From contig CAWGBN010000006.1 of NCBI GenBank assembly GCA_963820825.1, forward strand, positions 160,001 through 224,000: 64,000 bases of DNA, read 5' to 3'. The position numbers were made by a program, and so were the translations under genes. Shown here in pieces: positions 19,261-30,927 of the stretch. How positions within the stretch are numbered: the first letter of the stretch is position 1; the number at the start of each line of letters is the position of its first letter. The notes beneath the pieces are model-generated. The model was given only the letters and a program-made list of their open reading frames with translations. It made no database searches and was not told the DNA's origin. The stretch is from Vulcanimicrobiota bacterium (lineage in GTDB: Bacteria > Vulcanimicrobiota > Vulcanimicrobiia > Vulcanimicrobiales > Vulcanimicrobiaceae).

Positions 19261-21522
19261 CTAGAAGCTCTGGCCGATTCCAAAGCTCGTGTGCGTTCCG
19301 TTTATTCCCTTGGCGAAGTCGATCCGGACCGTGCGCAGGCCGAGTTGCGGCACGTCGAAGCGGATGCCGAACCCGGCGTCCCCATAGAGCGCCCAGTCGG
19401 CCGGATATCCCGTAACACGGTTGGTATACGGATTGAGCAATGGGTAGGCACCTCTGATGTGGTAATCGAGCTCGTCGATAAAGACCGCCAGGGTGATTCG
19501 CCGGTCGAGCGCCACCGGTTGACGGAGCTCGATCTGCCCGAGATACGCATTGGTCGCGTAGAAGACTTGATTGTAGCCGCGCATCTGCTGATCGGAGAAC
19601 GTAAAGAGCGAGCTGGGCGGAATCACGCCGGTAGAGTTATCGGCGACTCCGTGAATGCCCAGCGTGGCGTCCTTAAGTATCGGGAAGAACTTTGCGATGT
19701 CGAGCGTCGACTGGGTAAAGGTGAAGTTCGAGCCGAGCGCCGGTGCCGAGATCGTGGCGTTCAACAGTGCGTGAACGCCCGTGCGAGGATTGAACGGATC
19801 GTCGAGCGTGATCGTCTGTAAGCTGAGCCCCGGCTGAACCAGATTGTACGGCGCGCCGGTGTTCACGTTGGCAATCGACGATGCGGCGATACCGAAGGAA
19901 CCGCCGTAGCTGTTCGACCCGGAGCTGATTGGGCTGGGCGTCGGACCGATGACGATGTTCGGCTGGTTCCCTTGGAAATAGTACGGCGAGGGAACGGTCG
20001 TGTTGTACCGGATCCGTTGCGCGCTCAACGAGAGCGAGAAAAGGGTGTAGTCGCTCAGACGCCGTCCAATATTTCCGGTGACGCCATTTGCGCTCGAGAC
20101 GCTCGTCGCGTTGACGCCCGATACCAGTGAGGAGTTCGTGCTCGAATACAGGGTGACCGGAATGGGAACCGCGGAGCCGCTCTTGATCGCGGTTCCGGAG
20201 CCCGAGATCGCGTAGACCGGATAGTAGTAGGTCGTGTGGTTCGTGAAGATCGAGCCGCCGGCCGTGTACTTTTCGCCTTTCGGCGTATTGCTGAGGTAGG
20301 GCACCGAGACCGTCAGCTGGGCGATTCCGGCGCGCGCACCCTCTTGGAGTTGCAGACCGGCCGAGTTTCCGGTGCCGTGCAGGTTGTTATCGGAGAAACC
20401 GAGGGTCGCATAGAGCCCCAGGCCCGTCAGACCGCCGGAGTAACCGAAACCGACCGAGGCCGTCGCCGTGCGTTGCTCGGTGACGTGCCAAACGAGCGTC
20501 ACGTCTTGCGGCTTCTTCGGATCGGGGCCGGGCTTAATGTCGGGCTCGACCTTCGAGAAAAAGTTCAGCGCGTTGAGGCGCTGGTAGTCGTGTTTGATCG
20601 CGTCGGTGTTGAGCACCATTCCCGGACGCTCGCGCAGTTCGCGCCGGATCACTGCGTCCTTCGTACGCGTGTTGCCGGTGATCTCGACGACCGCGATCCG
20701 CGCGACGTAGATATCGTACTTGACGTCCGCGGTGCCGGCCTGAAGATTGATCGACGACGGGACGATGCCGCCTTCGAAGTTTCCGACCTCGAGGTGGAAG
20801 GTGTCCTCGTACAGCTTCTGCAGCGCTTTGTAGTCGGCGTCGCGCACGGCGTCGGAGTAGATGCCGCCGGGCTTGAGCGTGAGATGCGGCAGAATGTATG
20901 GCGGCGGCAGCAGCGGATCGCCGCCGATGATGATCTGCTTAACGACCAGGCCTTCCTGGATCGTGAGCGTCAGCGCGCCGGTCTGCGAATCGAGATTGAT
21001 GTCCTTGACGTGCGTCGGCACCTGGCCGCCGTAGCCGATCCGCTCGTAATAGTTGTTGATTTTGAGAACGTCTTGCCTGAAGGTGTTCGTATTGAAGACT
21101 TGCCCAACGGAGAGGTCCATGAGCGCGGCGAGCGTATCGCTCGGAACCTTCTGGTTTCCCGTGAAGGCGATTTTGGTGATGACCGGATTCTCGACGACCC
21201 GGTAAGTGATCGCGATGCCGTTGGGTCGCTGACGGATCAGCGGCGGAGCGATGTCGGCGAAGTACCCCAGCGCGTTGATCCGGGCAAGGTCCTGCTGAAC
21301 GATTTTCGGATCGTACGGCTGGCCCGGACGTGCGGCGATCACGGACATGATCGTCTGCGTCGGCACGTGGAGGTTCCCGGTGATATCGACCGAGACGATC
21401 TTCGGCGCTGCTGCGAATGCCGGGACGCTTGGGGTGAGGCACAAACCCGTCATTGCGAGGAGCGCGAGCACCGCCACATAGCGTTGAAACGGCCCCAGTC
21501 GCCGCCGGGGATCAAAGGTCAT
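19261..21522 (-). CDS. bamA: Outer membrane protein assembly factor (Omp85)
   Basis: Signal peptide, about four POTRA repeats (ITGN, FTGN, ITGNTRT...IRREL), MRGY loop motif, C-terminal FGIGQSF. Confidence 0.92.
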   Translation of the reverse strand: MTFDPRRRLGPFQRYVAVLALLAMTGLCLTPSVPAFAAAPKIVSVDITGNLHVPTQTIMSVIAARPGQPYDPKIVQQDLARINALGYFADIAPPLIRQRPNGIAITYRVVENPVITKIAFTGNQKVPSDTLAALMDLSVGQVFNTNTFRQDVLKINNYYERIGYGGQVPTHVKDINLDSQTGALTLTIQEGLVVKQIIIGGDPLLPPPYILPHLTLKPGGIYSDAVRDADYKALQKLYEDTFHLEVGNFEGGIVPSSINLQAGTADVKYDIYVARIAVVEITGNTRTKDAVIRRELRERPGMVLNTDAIKHDYQRLNALNFFSKVEPDIKPGPDPKKPQDVTLVWHVTEQRTATASVGFGYSGGLTGLGLYATLGFSDNNLHGTGNSAGLQLQEGARAGIAQLTVSVPYLSNTPKGEKYTAGGSIFTNHTTYYYPVYAISGSGTAIKSGSAVPIPVTLYSSTNSSLVSGVNATSVSSANGVTGNIGRRLSDYTLFSLSLSAQRIRYNTTVPSPYYFQGNQPNIVIGPTPSPISSGSNSYGGSFGIAASSIANVNTGAPYNLVQPGLSLQTITLDDPFNPRTGVHALLNATISAPALGSNFTFTQSTLDIAKFFPILKDATLGIHGVADNSTGVIPPSSLFTFSDQQMRGYNQVFYATNAYLGQIELRQPVALDRRITLAVFIDELDYHIRGAYPLLNPYTNRVTGYPADWALYGDAGFGIRFDVPQLGLRTVRIDFAKGINGTHTSFGIGQSF

Positions 21523-21688
21523 GTAAAAAAAGTCGTCCTCAATTTACCACGAGGTCCTCTGACGGCCTCAGCAACGGCCGGCGCGAACGTTCGCATCGCA
21601 CCCGACCCGGCTCGCCCTGTTCCGCCCGGCTTTCCCGGGGTCCTTGCGTCGCCCCAAAGCCTGAACGAGCGTCTAATCAAAGCACCAT

Positions 21689-24600
21689 TTACCAGAAATG
21701 ACGTTGCAAGGTAAGGCTGAAGCCGCTATTTCCGATCAACGGCTCGGTTGCGAGATAACCTGCGCCGTAGCCGACCGGGGAGGTGGGCGTCTCGAAGAGC
21801 TTCGTCTGACCGTTCTGCACGAAGAAGCTCAGCGTCGCCGAGGTCTCGGGATTCGGCGCGACCATGAGTCCGAACGACTGCGTCTGCGGGATCCCAAAAG
21901 TTACCGCATAAACCGCGCTCACCGCTTTGCTCAGGAACCGGCTCGCGGTAAATCCGACGTTCCCATAGTATCCGAGCGTGAGGTTGATGCTCGAGAGTCC
22001 CAAGCCTTGACCGAGTGTCGTCTCCAACGGCGACAACAAGCCGGCGGTAAACTGCGCGTTGAGCAGATTGAAGGCCTCCTGACCGACGGTAATCGTGCTG
22101 CGCTGCTGCACCGAGACGTTCGGGATCGGCGAGACGGTGCCGATCGGCGTGATGCCGTTGGGCTGCTGGCGCGCGAGCATGCCTTCGCGGCTGAACCCGA
22201 TACCGCCGACGAACCCGCCGAACGGAGCGATGAGGCCGAGTATCTCCTCGCGCGTATACCCCGGCGGATTCGAGTCGAGCCCGACCTTTAAGCTCGCGAC
22301 CGGGCCGTCGACCCGAATGGTCACCTCGGCGCTGCCATAGGGATTGCGCGCGCGATCGGGATCGGGGTTGACGACCGACGTGCTCGCGACGGCATGGAGC
22401 GTCGGGATAACGCCGTCGGCCGCATTGAATTGAACGCTTCCTTGCTGTACGCGAAACGCCCGATCGAAGTACGTGAGGGTTCCTCCGGTCGAGTTGAAGG
22501 TGCCGGCGAGCGTCGGAGCCGCCAGCGTTCCGCCGAGTTTCACCGAACCGTCGACGCCGATGTCGAGCCCCGCACCGTAACCGCTGCCGCGCACGCGCAC
22601 GTTCCTTCCGGCGGTTGCCTGAAGATCGAAAGCCAATGGCAGCGGCGGTCCGGTCAGCGAGCTCGCGCTCTGCGCGGCCTTCACGAACGCTGCGAACGGC
22701 AACGCCGCATTGCTCAGCGTAACGTTGCCCGATAAGAGCGCGTCCGCGCTCGGACGTTTGGCGAGCAGGATCGATGCGTCGAGCGTCCCGCTTCCGTACG
22801 AGGGAAGATCGAGTTGCGCGCCGCGCGCCGAAGCGCGCAGCGAGAGCGCCGCATTGCCGTGCGAGAAACCGTTCGGAAACTCGACGCTCCCCGAACCGTC
22901 AATCGTACCGGTTCCGAGGCGTGCCGAGGCACGCGCGATCGTCGCACTCGTTCGATTAAAGGCGAGCTCGGCGGCAATTTGCTGGATCGGAACGCGCTCC
23001 AGGTCGCTCACGTACGAGCCGTTGGTCAGCGAGAGACGCCCGACGATCGCCGGTTCGCGAACGGTCCCCGAGAGCCCGAGATGGCCGTCGAGAAGGCCGC
23101 CGAGCTTCGAAATTGACGCCGAAGACCGCGTCGAAGATTGCCGGATCGAGCCCGACGACGTCCAGGTCGAAACTGATCGGCTGGTCGGGCGCGGCGAGCC
23201 GCAGCGGCGCAAGCTGAAGCGGAAGCGAACCGGCGAGCGTCGCCTCACCCCGAGCAAAGCTCGCACCGGCGTTCGAGAGCACGATCGCATGGCGCGCGAC
23301 TCGGACCTCACCGAAGAGCGAAGCGATCGGAATGCCGTACGCAACGACGTCGTTGCCATCGAAGCCGGCGACGAAAGAGGGCGCTTTGAACGTACCGCCG
23401 ACCTTGAGCGTCGATTCAAACGATCCGGTCACCGGCACTTTGAAGCGCGAGAGATCGTAGACGAGCTTCGCCGGCTGATCGGTCGTCGCGTGCACTTGCA
23501 GGTCGAGCGGCTCGTTCACTCCCATTCCCAACGTACCGGTCGCCGTTGCCGAGAGTGCCGAGGTCGCCATCTCGGCGCGATCGACGACGATGCGTTTGCC
23601 GGCGGAGTGCAGCGTGACGCCGGCACGATCGAGCGCGAGTGGCCCGAGCGTCCCGGCGGCCAGACTCGCACTCCCGCGCACGTTCAGGTTCGGATAGCGT
23701 CCGTGGATCGTTGCGATGCCGGAGGCGCGTCCGGTCACCGGCACGCTCTGCATGCCGAGCGCCGGCATCCAGAGTGAGAGGTCGAGATCGTCGACGCTCG
23801 CGGTGAGATCGAAGCGCGAGCGCAGGAGCGTCGATTGCCACGCACCGGCCGGCGTCAAGCCGATCGATCCCCTCGCGCGAAGCATCCCTTCCCGGCCGCC
23901 AACGGCGAGCGTGCCCGTAATGACGTTGCGCGCACTCGACCAGACGGCTTTCGTGTCGCCGACGGGCAAGTTGCGATAACGCAAACCTCGCACGTCGATG
24001 TCGCCGCTCGAGGTGAACTGCGAATCGCGCGACGCCGCAGCGAGCTTGACGCCGCCGGCTCCGTCGAGCGTGTCGCCGGTATCGAAGAAGTTGTTGAAAT
24101 CGGAGAGATCGGCGCGCGGTGCGCGCAGATCGATTGCGCTCTCGTGCGGTCGCGAGAGCGCGCTGAAATAACTCTCAGTGGTACCGACGAGTACCGAACC
24201 GTCGCGGATCGCGGCACCGCGCGGGTCGGCGGACAGCATCGCGCTGCCGTCGATGAAAGGAAGACCGTTGACGTCGCCGCCGGGCACCCCGACATGACCC
24301 GCGACGATCGGCGCAAGACTTCGCCCTCCGATCCGCAGCCGCGCGTTGAACGTGCCGTTAGTCATGTAGTTCGGCAGTCCGAAACTGTGCAGCGCCGGAG
24401 CGATCTGCGCGGCCGGAACGTCGGCGTCGAGCGCGTAGACCGGCGAACCCGAGGTCAGCGCCGAGATGCTGCCCTCGACCTTCGCGTACGTACCGCTGAG
24501 GGCGCCGAGAACACGACGCAGCGCGACGGCGTCGCCGCCGACGCGAATGTCGCCGTTGCCGGTGATCGGAAAATGCGCGATGCGTCCGCGATCGATGACG

Positions 24601-26924
24601 ACGCCGCCGTCGAAGGTCGGGATCGGCGCGCCGGCGGCGAGCCGTCCGGTAGCGGAGAGCGTCCCGGCGTCGAGCGGAAGGCCGATCCCGCGCAACTGGA
24701 CCGCATTCAAACGCCTCGCGATCAGCTCGATACCCGGTGAACTCGCAGCGGCCGAGGGCGCAAGCGCGAAGGTGCCGGCGGCAACGACGTCGCCGTCGGC
24801 CGCGTGCGCCAGTCCCGAGTAGACGCGAAGGCGATTCCCTTCGATCGCCAGCGTTATGCTCGCGCGATCGATGGGGATCGAGTGGAGCGTCGCACCGGGC
24901 ATCGCCAGATTCGATCCCAGGACGACGATGCGCTGAGGCTCGATGCCGATGCCGACGATTCCCGAGACCGGCCCATGGCCGGCGATTGAGCTTCCGATTA
25001 ACGGCTGCAGACCGTCGAACGTGCCGCGATACCGTCCATACGCGACGAATCGCTGCGACGAGAACCCACCGCGCCCGGCGAAGCTTCCCCAGGGGCCAGA
25101 AGCGCGCAGCAAATTGATCGCCGCACTCTGCAGCGTTCCGCCGAAACCCGCCTCGATGACATTAAAGTTCACGCCGGCGATTCGCACGTGGTCCGCGCCG
25201 ACGATCCCAGCGAGAACGATGTTCGTTCCGGCGCCGCCGCCGGCGAGCGACATAGAGACCGAGTGCCCGTCGACCGGCGGCATCTCCGGCAACGCGATTC
25301 CGGGAAACGTCTTATAGCTGGGCGCATGCATTCGCAAGCCGTTTGCCAGCATCCAGAAGAAGCTGGTGGACGAGGGACGATCGAGCACGTAGCCGCCGTC
25401 GAAGTTGCCGCGCTCCGTGTGGAACCAGAACGGCGCGACCGCGGCCGTTCCATTCGGATTCGTGTCGACGAGGGCCGCCACACGCGCAACGCCACGGGCC
25501 GATGCGAGGCTCCCGGTCAGATGAAAGAGCAGATCGTTGCCCTTCGCGGCGGCGTCGATGAGGATCGGTTCGTCACCGAGCATCTCGTCGAGATAGGGAA
25601 GCCGGCTCGCCGGCCCTTCCACGTGCAGCGCGAACTCCGAGTTGAGGTGCCGGCCCACGGTCATGGTGCCGTCGACTCGCAGCGCGATCCCGCTGTAATC
25701 GACTTGGAGCGGCGCAAGTGCGACGACGTTAGCATGATAGACCACGCCGGCGGCGAGCGAGTTGAACGGAAGCGCGCGATAGTAAGCCCTCCCGGCGCTC
25801 ACCTTTGCGACGATGACCGGGTCGTCCATACGCCCGTGGACGAGTACGCCGAGACGCGCCTTGCCGGTAATCGGCTGGTCGCGCGCAAACGTAAAAGCGC
25901 GGCGCAGCGCGGAGAGATCGCCTTCTCCCCAGACGCCCAGACGAAGCTGCGCGTGTCCGGTGAGCGCACCGGTTAAATCGTAGGCTCCCCCCTCGATGTG
26001 CAGCGGAATTCCGGCAAGATTCGCGGTTGCGCCGCGAACGAAGAACGCGTTGTCGATGACCTGCAGCCGGGCTTGGAGATTTTCGACCGGTGCGGCGAGC
26101 ACCGGCATTGCAAGACGCCCCCCGTCGACGTCGAGCCGCAACGAGACGTGGTACTGCGGTGCGACCTCCGGCTCGACGTCGAGCGCGTAGAGCCGTGCGT
26201 CGAGGTTGCGTCCTTCTCCGCCCAGAATTCGCACCGCAGCCGTATCGGCGAAATAGTTCGCCAGCGCACGCGCCGGAAAGTATGCCGCCCGCGCGCGGTG
26301 CATCGCGTAACCCGCCGCCGTATCGATCCGTCCGGCTATCGTAAACGGCTCGGCGCGCCGCTCTTCGAATGCGCCACGCGCGCGATAGGCCGTCATCCCC
26401 GCGGTATCGACCGTCGCATCGACGGTGATGCCGCCGATGCGCACGTCTTTTGCACTGGAATCGTAGGCCGCCGGCTCGCGCAGCTCGATCTGCACGTCGC
26501 GTACGCGCAACCAGAACCGGATCGGAACGCGATTCACGCGCGCCGGTGCCGCCGGTGCGCGCCCGCCGACGGGGATAGCGACGTTAAAACTTCCATCCTT
26601 GAACCGGATGAGCGTCAGCTTGGCGCCGTCGACCTCGGCACCGATCAATCCAAAACGATGCCGGCTTCCGGGAAAGAGATCGCGCGGGGAATAGCGCACG
26701 ACGACGCGGGTTGCGTCCAGGAGCGGCTCGTTACCGCGCCCGGCGTGAACGCCTGCGAACTCCGCTCCATCCCAGCCGAGGTGAAAATCGGCGATGCTCA
26801 GCGAGTAGCCCGCGAGCCCGGCGCCCGCCTGAAATGCAAGGCGCAGCAGATCGTGGCGCCTTGCGACCACGAGCGAAAGAACGAGGATTGCGGCCACGAG
26901 GCCGATCGCAAGGCGTTTGCGCAC
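21689..26924 (-). CDS. tamB: TamB/AsmA-like translocation protein, split by one frameshift near 23112
   Basis: The 1322-aa ORF with N-terminal TM joins the C-terminal ORF carrying TamB-type motifs (LGGTLAAPTLAG, LDSNPPGYTREEILGLI) if one base is removed at aat-t-tcg; directly upstream of bamA. Confidence 0.82.
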
Positions 26925-27000
26925 GAGTGACTCTAGCGGACTTATACCTCCTGCGCTCGCTTATGCCCCGCCGCGCTAAGCACTTTTAAAGATACCTTTA

Positions 27001-27053
27001 TGCCTGCGCGAAGCGCAGTCCCGAGCGAGGCGCGAAGTGCCGAGTCGAAGGAT
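27001..27053. repeat. Short REP-like palindromic element with two GAA-loop hairpins after gyrB
   Basis: ctgcgc-gaa-gcgcag and ggcgc-gaa-gtgcc, ending in gagtcgaagga. Confidence 0.45.
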
Positions 27054-27055
27054 CT

Positions 27056-28951
27056 TTACAGATCCAGGTTTTTGACGCTCCTCGCATACTCGAAGATGTA
27101 CTGCTTGCGCGGCTCGACTTTATCGCCCATGAGGTCGGTGAAGATCTGCTCGGCCTCAACGGCGTCTTCCACCGTGATCTGTTTGAGCCGGCGATGGCCG
27201 ACTTCCATCGTCGTCACGGCGAGCTGCTCGGCGTCCATCTCGCCGAGCCCTTTGTATTGCTGGATCGAGTAATCTTTGCCGTCGTCGCCGACGATCGATT
27301 TGAGCTCGGCCTCGTTGAACGCCCACCACTGCTTCTTGCCCTTGCGGATTCCGTAGAGCGGCGGTTGCGCGATGTATACGTGGCCGTCTTCGACGAGCGG
27401 ACGCATCTGCCGGTAAAAGAAGGTCAAGAGCAGGGTCCGGATGTGCGAGCCGTCGACGTCGGCGTCGGTCATGATGATGATCTTGTTATACCGCAGCTTC
27501 TCGACGTTGAACTCGTCGCCGAAGCCGGTGCCGAGCGCGGTGATCATCGTACGGATCTCTTCGTTGGCGAGCACTTTGTCGAGGCGCGCCTTTTCGACGT
27601 TGAGAATCTTGCCGCGCAACGGAAGAATCGCTTGCGTGTTCGGGTCGCGGCCGCCCTTCGCGGTGCCGCCGGCCGAATCGCCTTCGACCAAGAAGAGCTC
27701 GCTCTCCGCGGCGTTGCCGTTCTTACAATCGACGAGCTTTCCGGGAAGGCCCGAGCCCTCGAGCGCGTTCTTGCGGCGCGATAGGTCGCGCGCTTTTTTC
27801 GCCGCATCGCGGGCGCGCTGCGCTTGCATGCACTTATCCACGATCGTCCGCGCGTACTTCGGGTTTTCTTCGAGAAAGAAGTCCAACCGTTCCGAGACGA
27901 GCCCGGCGACGATGCTCCGCACCCGGGCGTTGCCGAGCTTGGTCTTCGTCTGTCCCTCGAACTGCGGATCCTGAAGCTTTACCGAGACCACCGCGGTCAG
28001 GCCCTCGACCACGTCGTCGGTCGAGAGCGAGCCGTCAGACTCTTTGAGCATGCCGCGCTTGCGCGCGTAACCGTTGACCGCGTTGGTAACGGCCTGGCGG
28101 AAGCCCTGCAAGTGCATCCCGCCCTCGATCGTTCCGATATTGTTCGCATAGGAGAAAATCTGGTCGGCGTAGGCACCGGTGTATTGCATCGCGACCTCGA
28201 CGTCGACGCCGTCGCGCTCCGCATGCGTCGAAATGATCGGATGGAGCGGGTCTTTCTTTTCGTTGAGCCACTCGACGAAGGAGACGATGCCGCCGTCGAA
28301 GGTGTAGGTCCGCTCGCGTACCGTCTCGCCGCGCTCGTCGCGCAGCGTGATCGAAAGACCGCGATTCAGAAAGGCGAGCTCGCGCAATCGCTTCTGCAGG
28401 ATGTCCCAGTGAAACTCCGTTACCTCGAACACGTCGGGGTCGGGCTTGAACCACTGCAGCGTTCCGGTTCCGTCGGTCTTACCCGTCTTCTTGAGTTTCT
28501 GTACGGTGAACCCGCGCTCGAACTTCATCTCCCAGACGAATCCGTCACGCTTCACCGTGGTGATCATCCACGCGGAGAGCGCGTTGACGACCGAGATGCC
28601 GACGCCGTGCAGACCGCCGGAGACTTTGTAGCCGCCCTTTCCGAACTTTGCGCCAGCGTGGAGAATGGTCATCACCACTTCGACGGCCGGTAAACGCTCC
28701 TCGGCGTGAAGGTCGATCGGTATGCCGCGCCCGTCGTCTTCGACCGAGCACGACCCGTCCTTATACAGCACGACGTGCACGTTGTGCGCGTATCCGGCCA
28801 GCGCCTCATCGACGGCGTTGTCGACTGCTTCGTAGACGAGCTGATGGAGCCCGCGCTCGGCGGTGTTGCCGATATACATTCCGGGGCGCTTGCGCACCGC
28901 CTCGAGTCCGCGTAGGACCTCAATTTGCTCGCCGGTATAGTTCGTTGACAT
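27056..28951 (-). CDS. gyrB: DNA gyrase subunit B
   Basis: LEAVRKRPGMYIG, EAVDNAVDE, GGLHGVG, LVEGDSAGG, PLRGKILN, MTDADVDGSHI and YKGLGEM motifs. Confidence 0.96.
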   Translation of the reverse strand: MSTNYTGEQIEVLRGLEAVRKRPGMYIGNTAERGLHQLVYEAVDNAVDEALAGYAHNVHVVLYKDGSCSVEDDGRGIPIDLHAEERLPAVEVVMTILHAGAKFGKGGYKVSGGLHGVGISVVNALSAWMITTVKRDGFVWEMKFERGFTVQKLKKTGKTDGTGTLQWFKPDPDVFEVTEFHWDILQKRLRELAFLNRGLSITLRDERGETVRERTYTFDGGIVSFVEWLNEKKDPLHPIISTHAERDGVDVEVAMQYTGAYADQIFSYANNIGTIEGGMHLQGFRQAVTNAVNGYARKRGMLKESDGSLSTDDVVEGLTAVVSVKLQDPQFEGQTKTKLGNARVRSIVAGLVSERLDFFLEENPKYARTIVDKCMQAQRARDAAKKARDLSRRKNALEGSGLPGKLVDCKNGNAAESELFLVEGDSAGGTAKGGRDPNTQAILPLRGKILNVEKARLDKVLANEEIRTMITALGTGFGDEFNVEKLRYNKIIIMTDADVDGSHIRTLLLTFFYRQMRPLVEDGHVYIAQPPLYGIRKGKKQWWAFNEAELKSIVGDDGKDYSIQQYKGLGEMDAEQLAVTTMEVGHRRLKQITVEDAVEAEQIFTDLMGDKVEPRKQYIFEYARSVKNLDL

Positions 28952-29823
28952 TACACTCTTCGTTTTTGACGTTCTACGGCGTCGCCTTCGCCGGCGGGTT
29001 CGCCGTAGAGAAGCTCGTGCAGATCCTCGCCCAAGATGCTGCGTACCGTCGCGGGCACGATCTCCTCGGGCGGAAGCTTACTGCGCAAAAGGACGTACGA
29101 GCTCGCAATGAGCCGCTCGCGGCCGTCGCGGGAGAGACGCTTTGCGGCGTTCGCTCGCGCAAGCGCCCCCCACCAGTGATTAAGCATCTGGCGTCGCAGC
29201 CGCTCGTACTCCTCTTCTTTTAACCCCTCAACGAGCGCTGCCGTTCCGGCGTAGCCGAGCCAGGGTGCTTCAAAGAGCAGGCGCGCCGTGGCGGCTCCGA
29301 TCGACTCCGAGCGAGCGGCCGCGCAGGTCTGACAGAGCGCCGCCGCTTGCGGTTCGAGGAGCGCTGCGCACCCGCGGCACTCTTTCCAGCCCTCCGCCCG
29401 CCGGCTCCGGCGCCTGCGCTCGACGTCGTTGCGAAAGCGGTCGAGCGCCTCGGCGGTCGAGCTCGAGGCCGGCCGCTCCGCCGGGGCCTGAAGGCGGCGG
29501 CCCCGCCGCGCCGCGGGGGCGGCGCTCCGCCGTTGGGGCATGGCTCCAACCCGAAAGCGCAGCCGAGCGATCTCCGACGCCGGCACGCGCGCACAGACCG
29601 CTCGCAGGACGTGCTCGGAGAGGAAGCTGAGCTGATGACTCCAGGCGCTCGAGCGCGCAACGATCGTGAGTGCGCCGTCGGCAATCCGCAACGGATGCGA
29701 GTTTTGGGCGACGTCCGCGCCGACGATCTCCGCCCAACCGGCTTCGAGCAGCGCGATCGGATCGGTCGCCGTGCCTTCCTTCGCGGGCTTCCACCCGGCG
29801 AGCGCCTCGGATACTCTCAGCAC
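28951..29823 (-). CDS. DUF721/DciA family protein with C-terminal CxxC-CxxC extension
   Basis: WAEIVGADVAQNSHPL...SSAWSHQLSF motif; lies between recF and gyrB; CRGC...CQTC. Confidence 0.8.
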   Translation of the reverse strand: MLRVSEALAGWKPAKEGTATDPIALLEAGWAEIVGADVAQNSHPLRIADGALTIVARSSAWSHQLSFLSEHVLRAVCARVPASEIARLRFRVGAMPQRRSAAPAARRGRRLQAPAERPASSSTAEALDRFRNDVERRRRSRRAEGWKECRGCAALLEPQAAALCQTCAAARSESIGAATARLLFEAPWLGYAGTAALVEGLKEEEYERLRRQMLNHWWGALARANAAKRLSRDGRERLIASSYVLLRSKLPPEEIVPATVRSILGEDLHELLYGEPAGEGDAVERQKRRV

Positions 29824-30926
29824 GCCGCAACGCTCGCAACGCGGGCATCGACGACGCGAGAGAGATGTGCGCCGCTCGGCAATCCGACCGGAAGGTGCGT
29901 CGCGGTGATAAAGGCCTGCTCGTATTCGCCGATCTCGGCCAAGAATGCAGCGGCCCGTTCTTCGTCAAGTTCGGAGAGCACGTCGTCGAGCAGCAGCAGC
30001 GGCGCCTCACCGGTGCGTTCTCGCAATACCGCATACTCCGCAACCTTCAGCGAGAGTATCGCCGTGCGTTGCTGACCCTGCGATCCGTACGCGGCGAGCG
30101 AGACTCCGCCGAGCATCAGGCTGAGGTCGTCGCGATGCGGACCGGCGATCGCGGATTTTCGCGCGCGTTCGGCATCGCGGCATTGCGCGAAGCGCAGCTG
30201 CAGCGCGTCGGCGACCGCAGCCGCCTCCGGCCGTTCGAACGCGACGTTGGGCTCGTAGCTCAGCTCCAGCTCCTCGTTCGGTGCGAAGCGCGCGTGCGCG
30301 ACGCGCGCACTCGCTGCCAGTGCCCCGATGAGTCCGTTGCGAGCCAGCACGATCGCCGTTCCGGCTTCGACGAGCGTCCGGTCGTAGGTTGCAAGAAGCT
30401 CCGCGTCCGGTTCGATCGTGCCGCGAAGAAGCGCATTCTTCTGCTGCAGGGCCTTACGGTACCGAGCCAGTTCGTAATAGTAGCGCGGCTCGCTCTGCGA
30501 CAACGCGATGTTCAAGAACGCGCGGCGCGCGCTTGGCGTCCCGCTAGCCAAGTGTAGATCGGCCGGCACGAAGGTTACGACGCGCATCGTTCCGAGGTAT
30601 CCGGCGTAGCGGACGCTGTGCGCGTTGACCGTGTAGCTCTTGCGCGTGCCGCGGCTCGAGCGCTCGATCGTGCAGGCCAGCTCGACGGTTCCGGAGCGCA
30701 AGGACGCCTCGCCGTAGAGCACCGCACGCTCGCAGCCCTTTCGTACCGTATCGGCCTCGCGCGGCGTACGAAACGACTTCCCCGTTCCGAGCATCGCGAT
30801 GCCTTCCAAGAGGTTGCTCTTCCCCTGTGCGTTGGCCCCGACGAAAACGTTGAGCCCGGCAGCCGGCTCGAGGTCCAGCTCGTGGTAGTTTCTGAAATCG
30901 GAGAGCGTCAAGCGCCGGAGCAGCAC
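29817..30926 (-). CDS. recF: DNA replication/repair protein RecF
   Basis: FRNY, GANAQGKSNLLE, GPHRDDL, GSQGQQR and LLLDDVLSELD motifs. Confidence 0.97.
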   Translation of the reverse strand: MLLRRLTLSDFRNYHELDLEPAAGLNVFVGANAQGKSNLLEGIAMLGTGKSFRTPREADTVRKGCERAVLYGEASLRSGTVELACTIERSSRGTRKSYTVNAHSVRYAGYLGTMRVVTFVPADLHLASGTPSARRAFLNIALSQSEPRYYYELARYRKALQQKNALLRGTIEPDAELLATYDRTLVEAGTAIVLARNGLIGALAASARVAHARFAPNEELELSYEPNVAFERPEAAAVADALQLRFAQCRDAERARKSAIAGPHRDDLSLMLGGVSLAAYGSQGQQRTAILSLKVAEYAVLRERTGEAPLLLLDDVLSELDEERAAAFLAEIGEYEQAFITATHLPVGLPSGAHLSRVVDARVASVAAC

Positions 30927-30927
30927 A

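Noticed and set aside
27056..28951. Topoisomerase IV ParE instead of GyrB
   Set aside because: Position after recF/dciA and a C-terminus of the KNLDL type favour GyrB, although a phylogeny is needed to exclude ParE.
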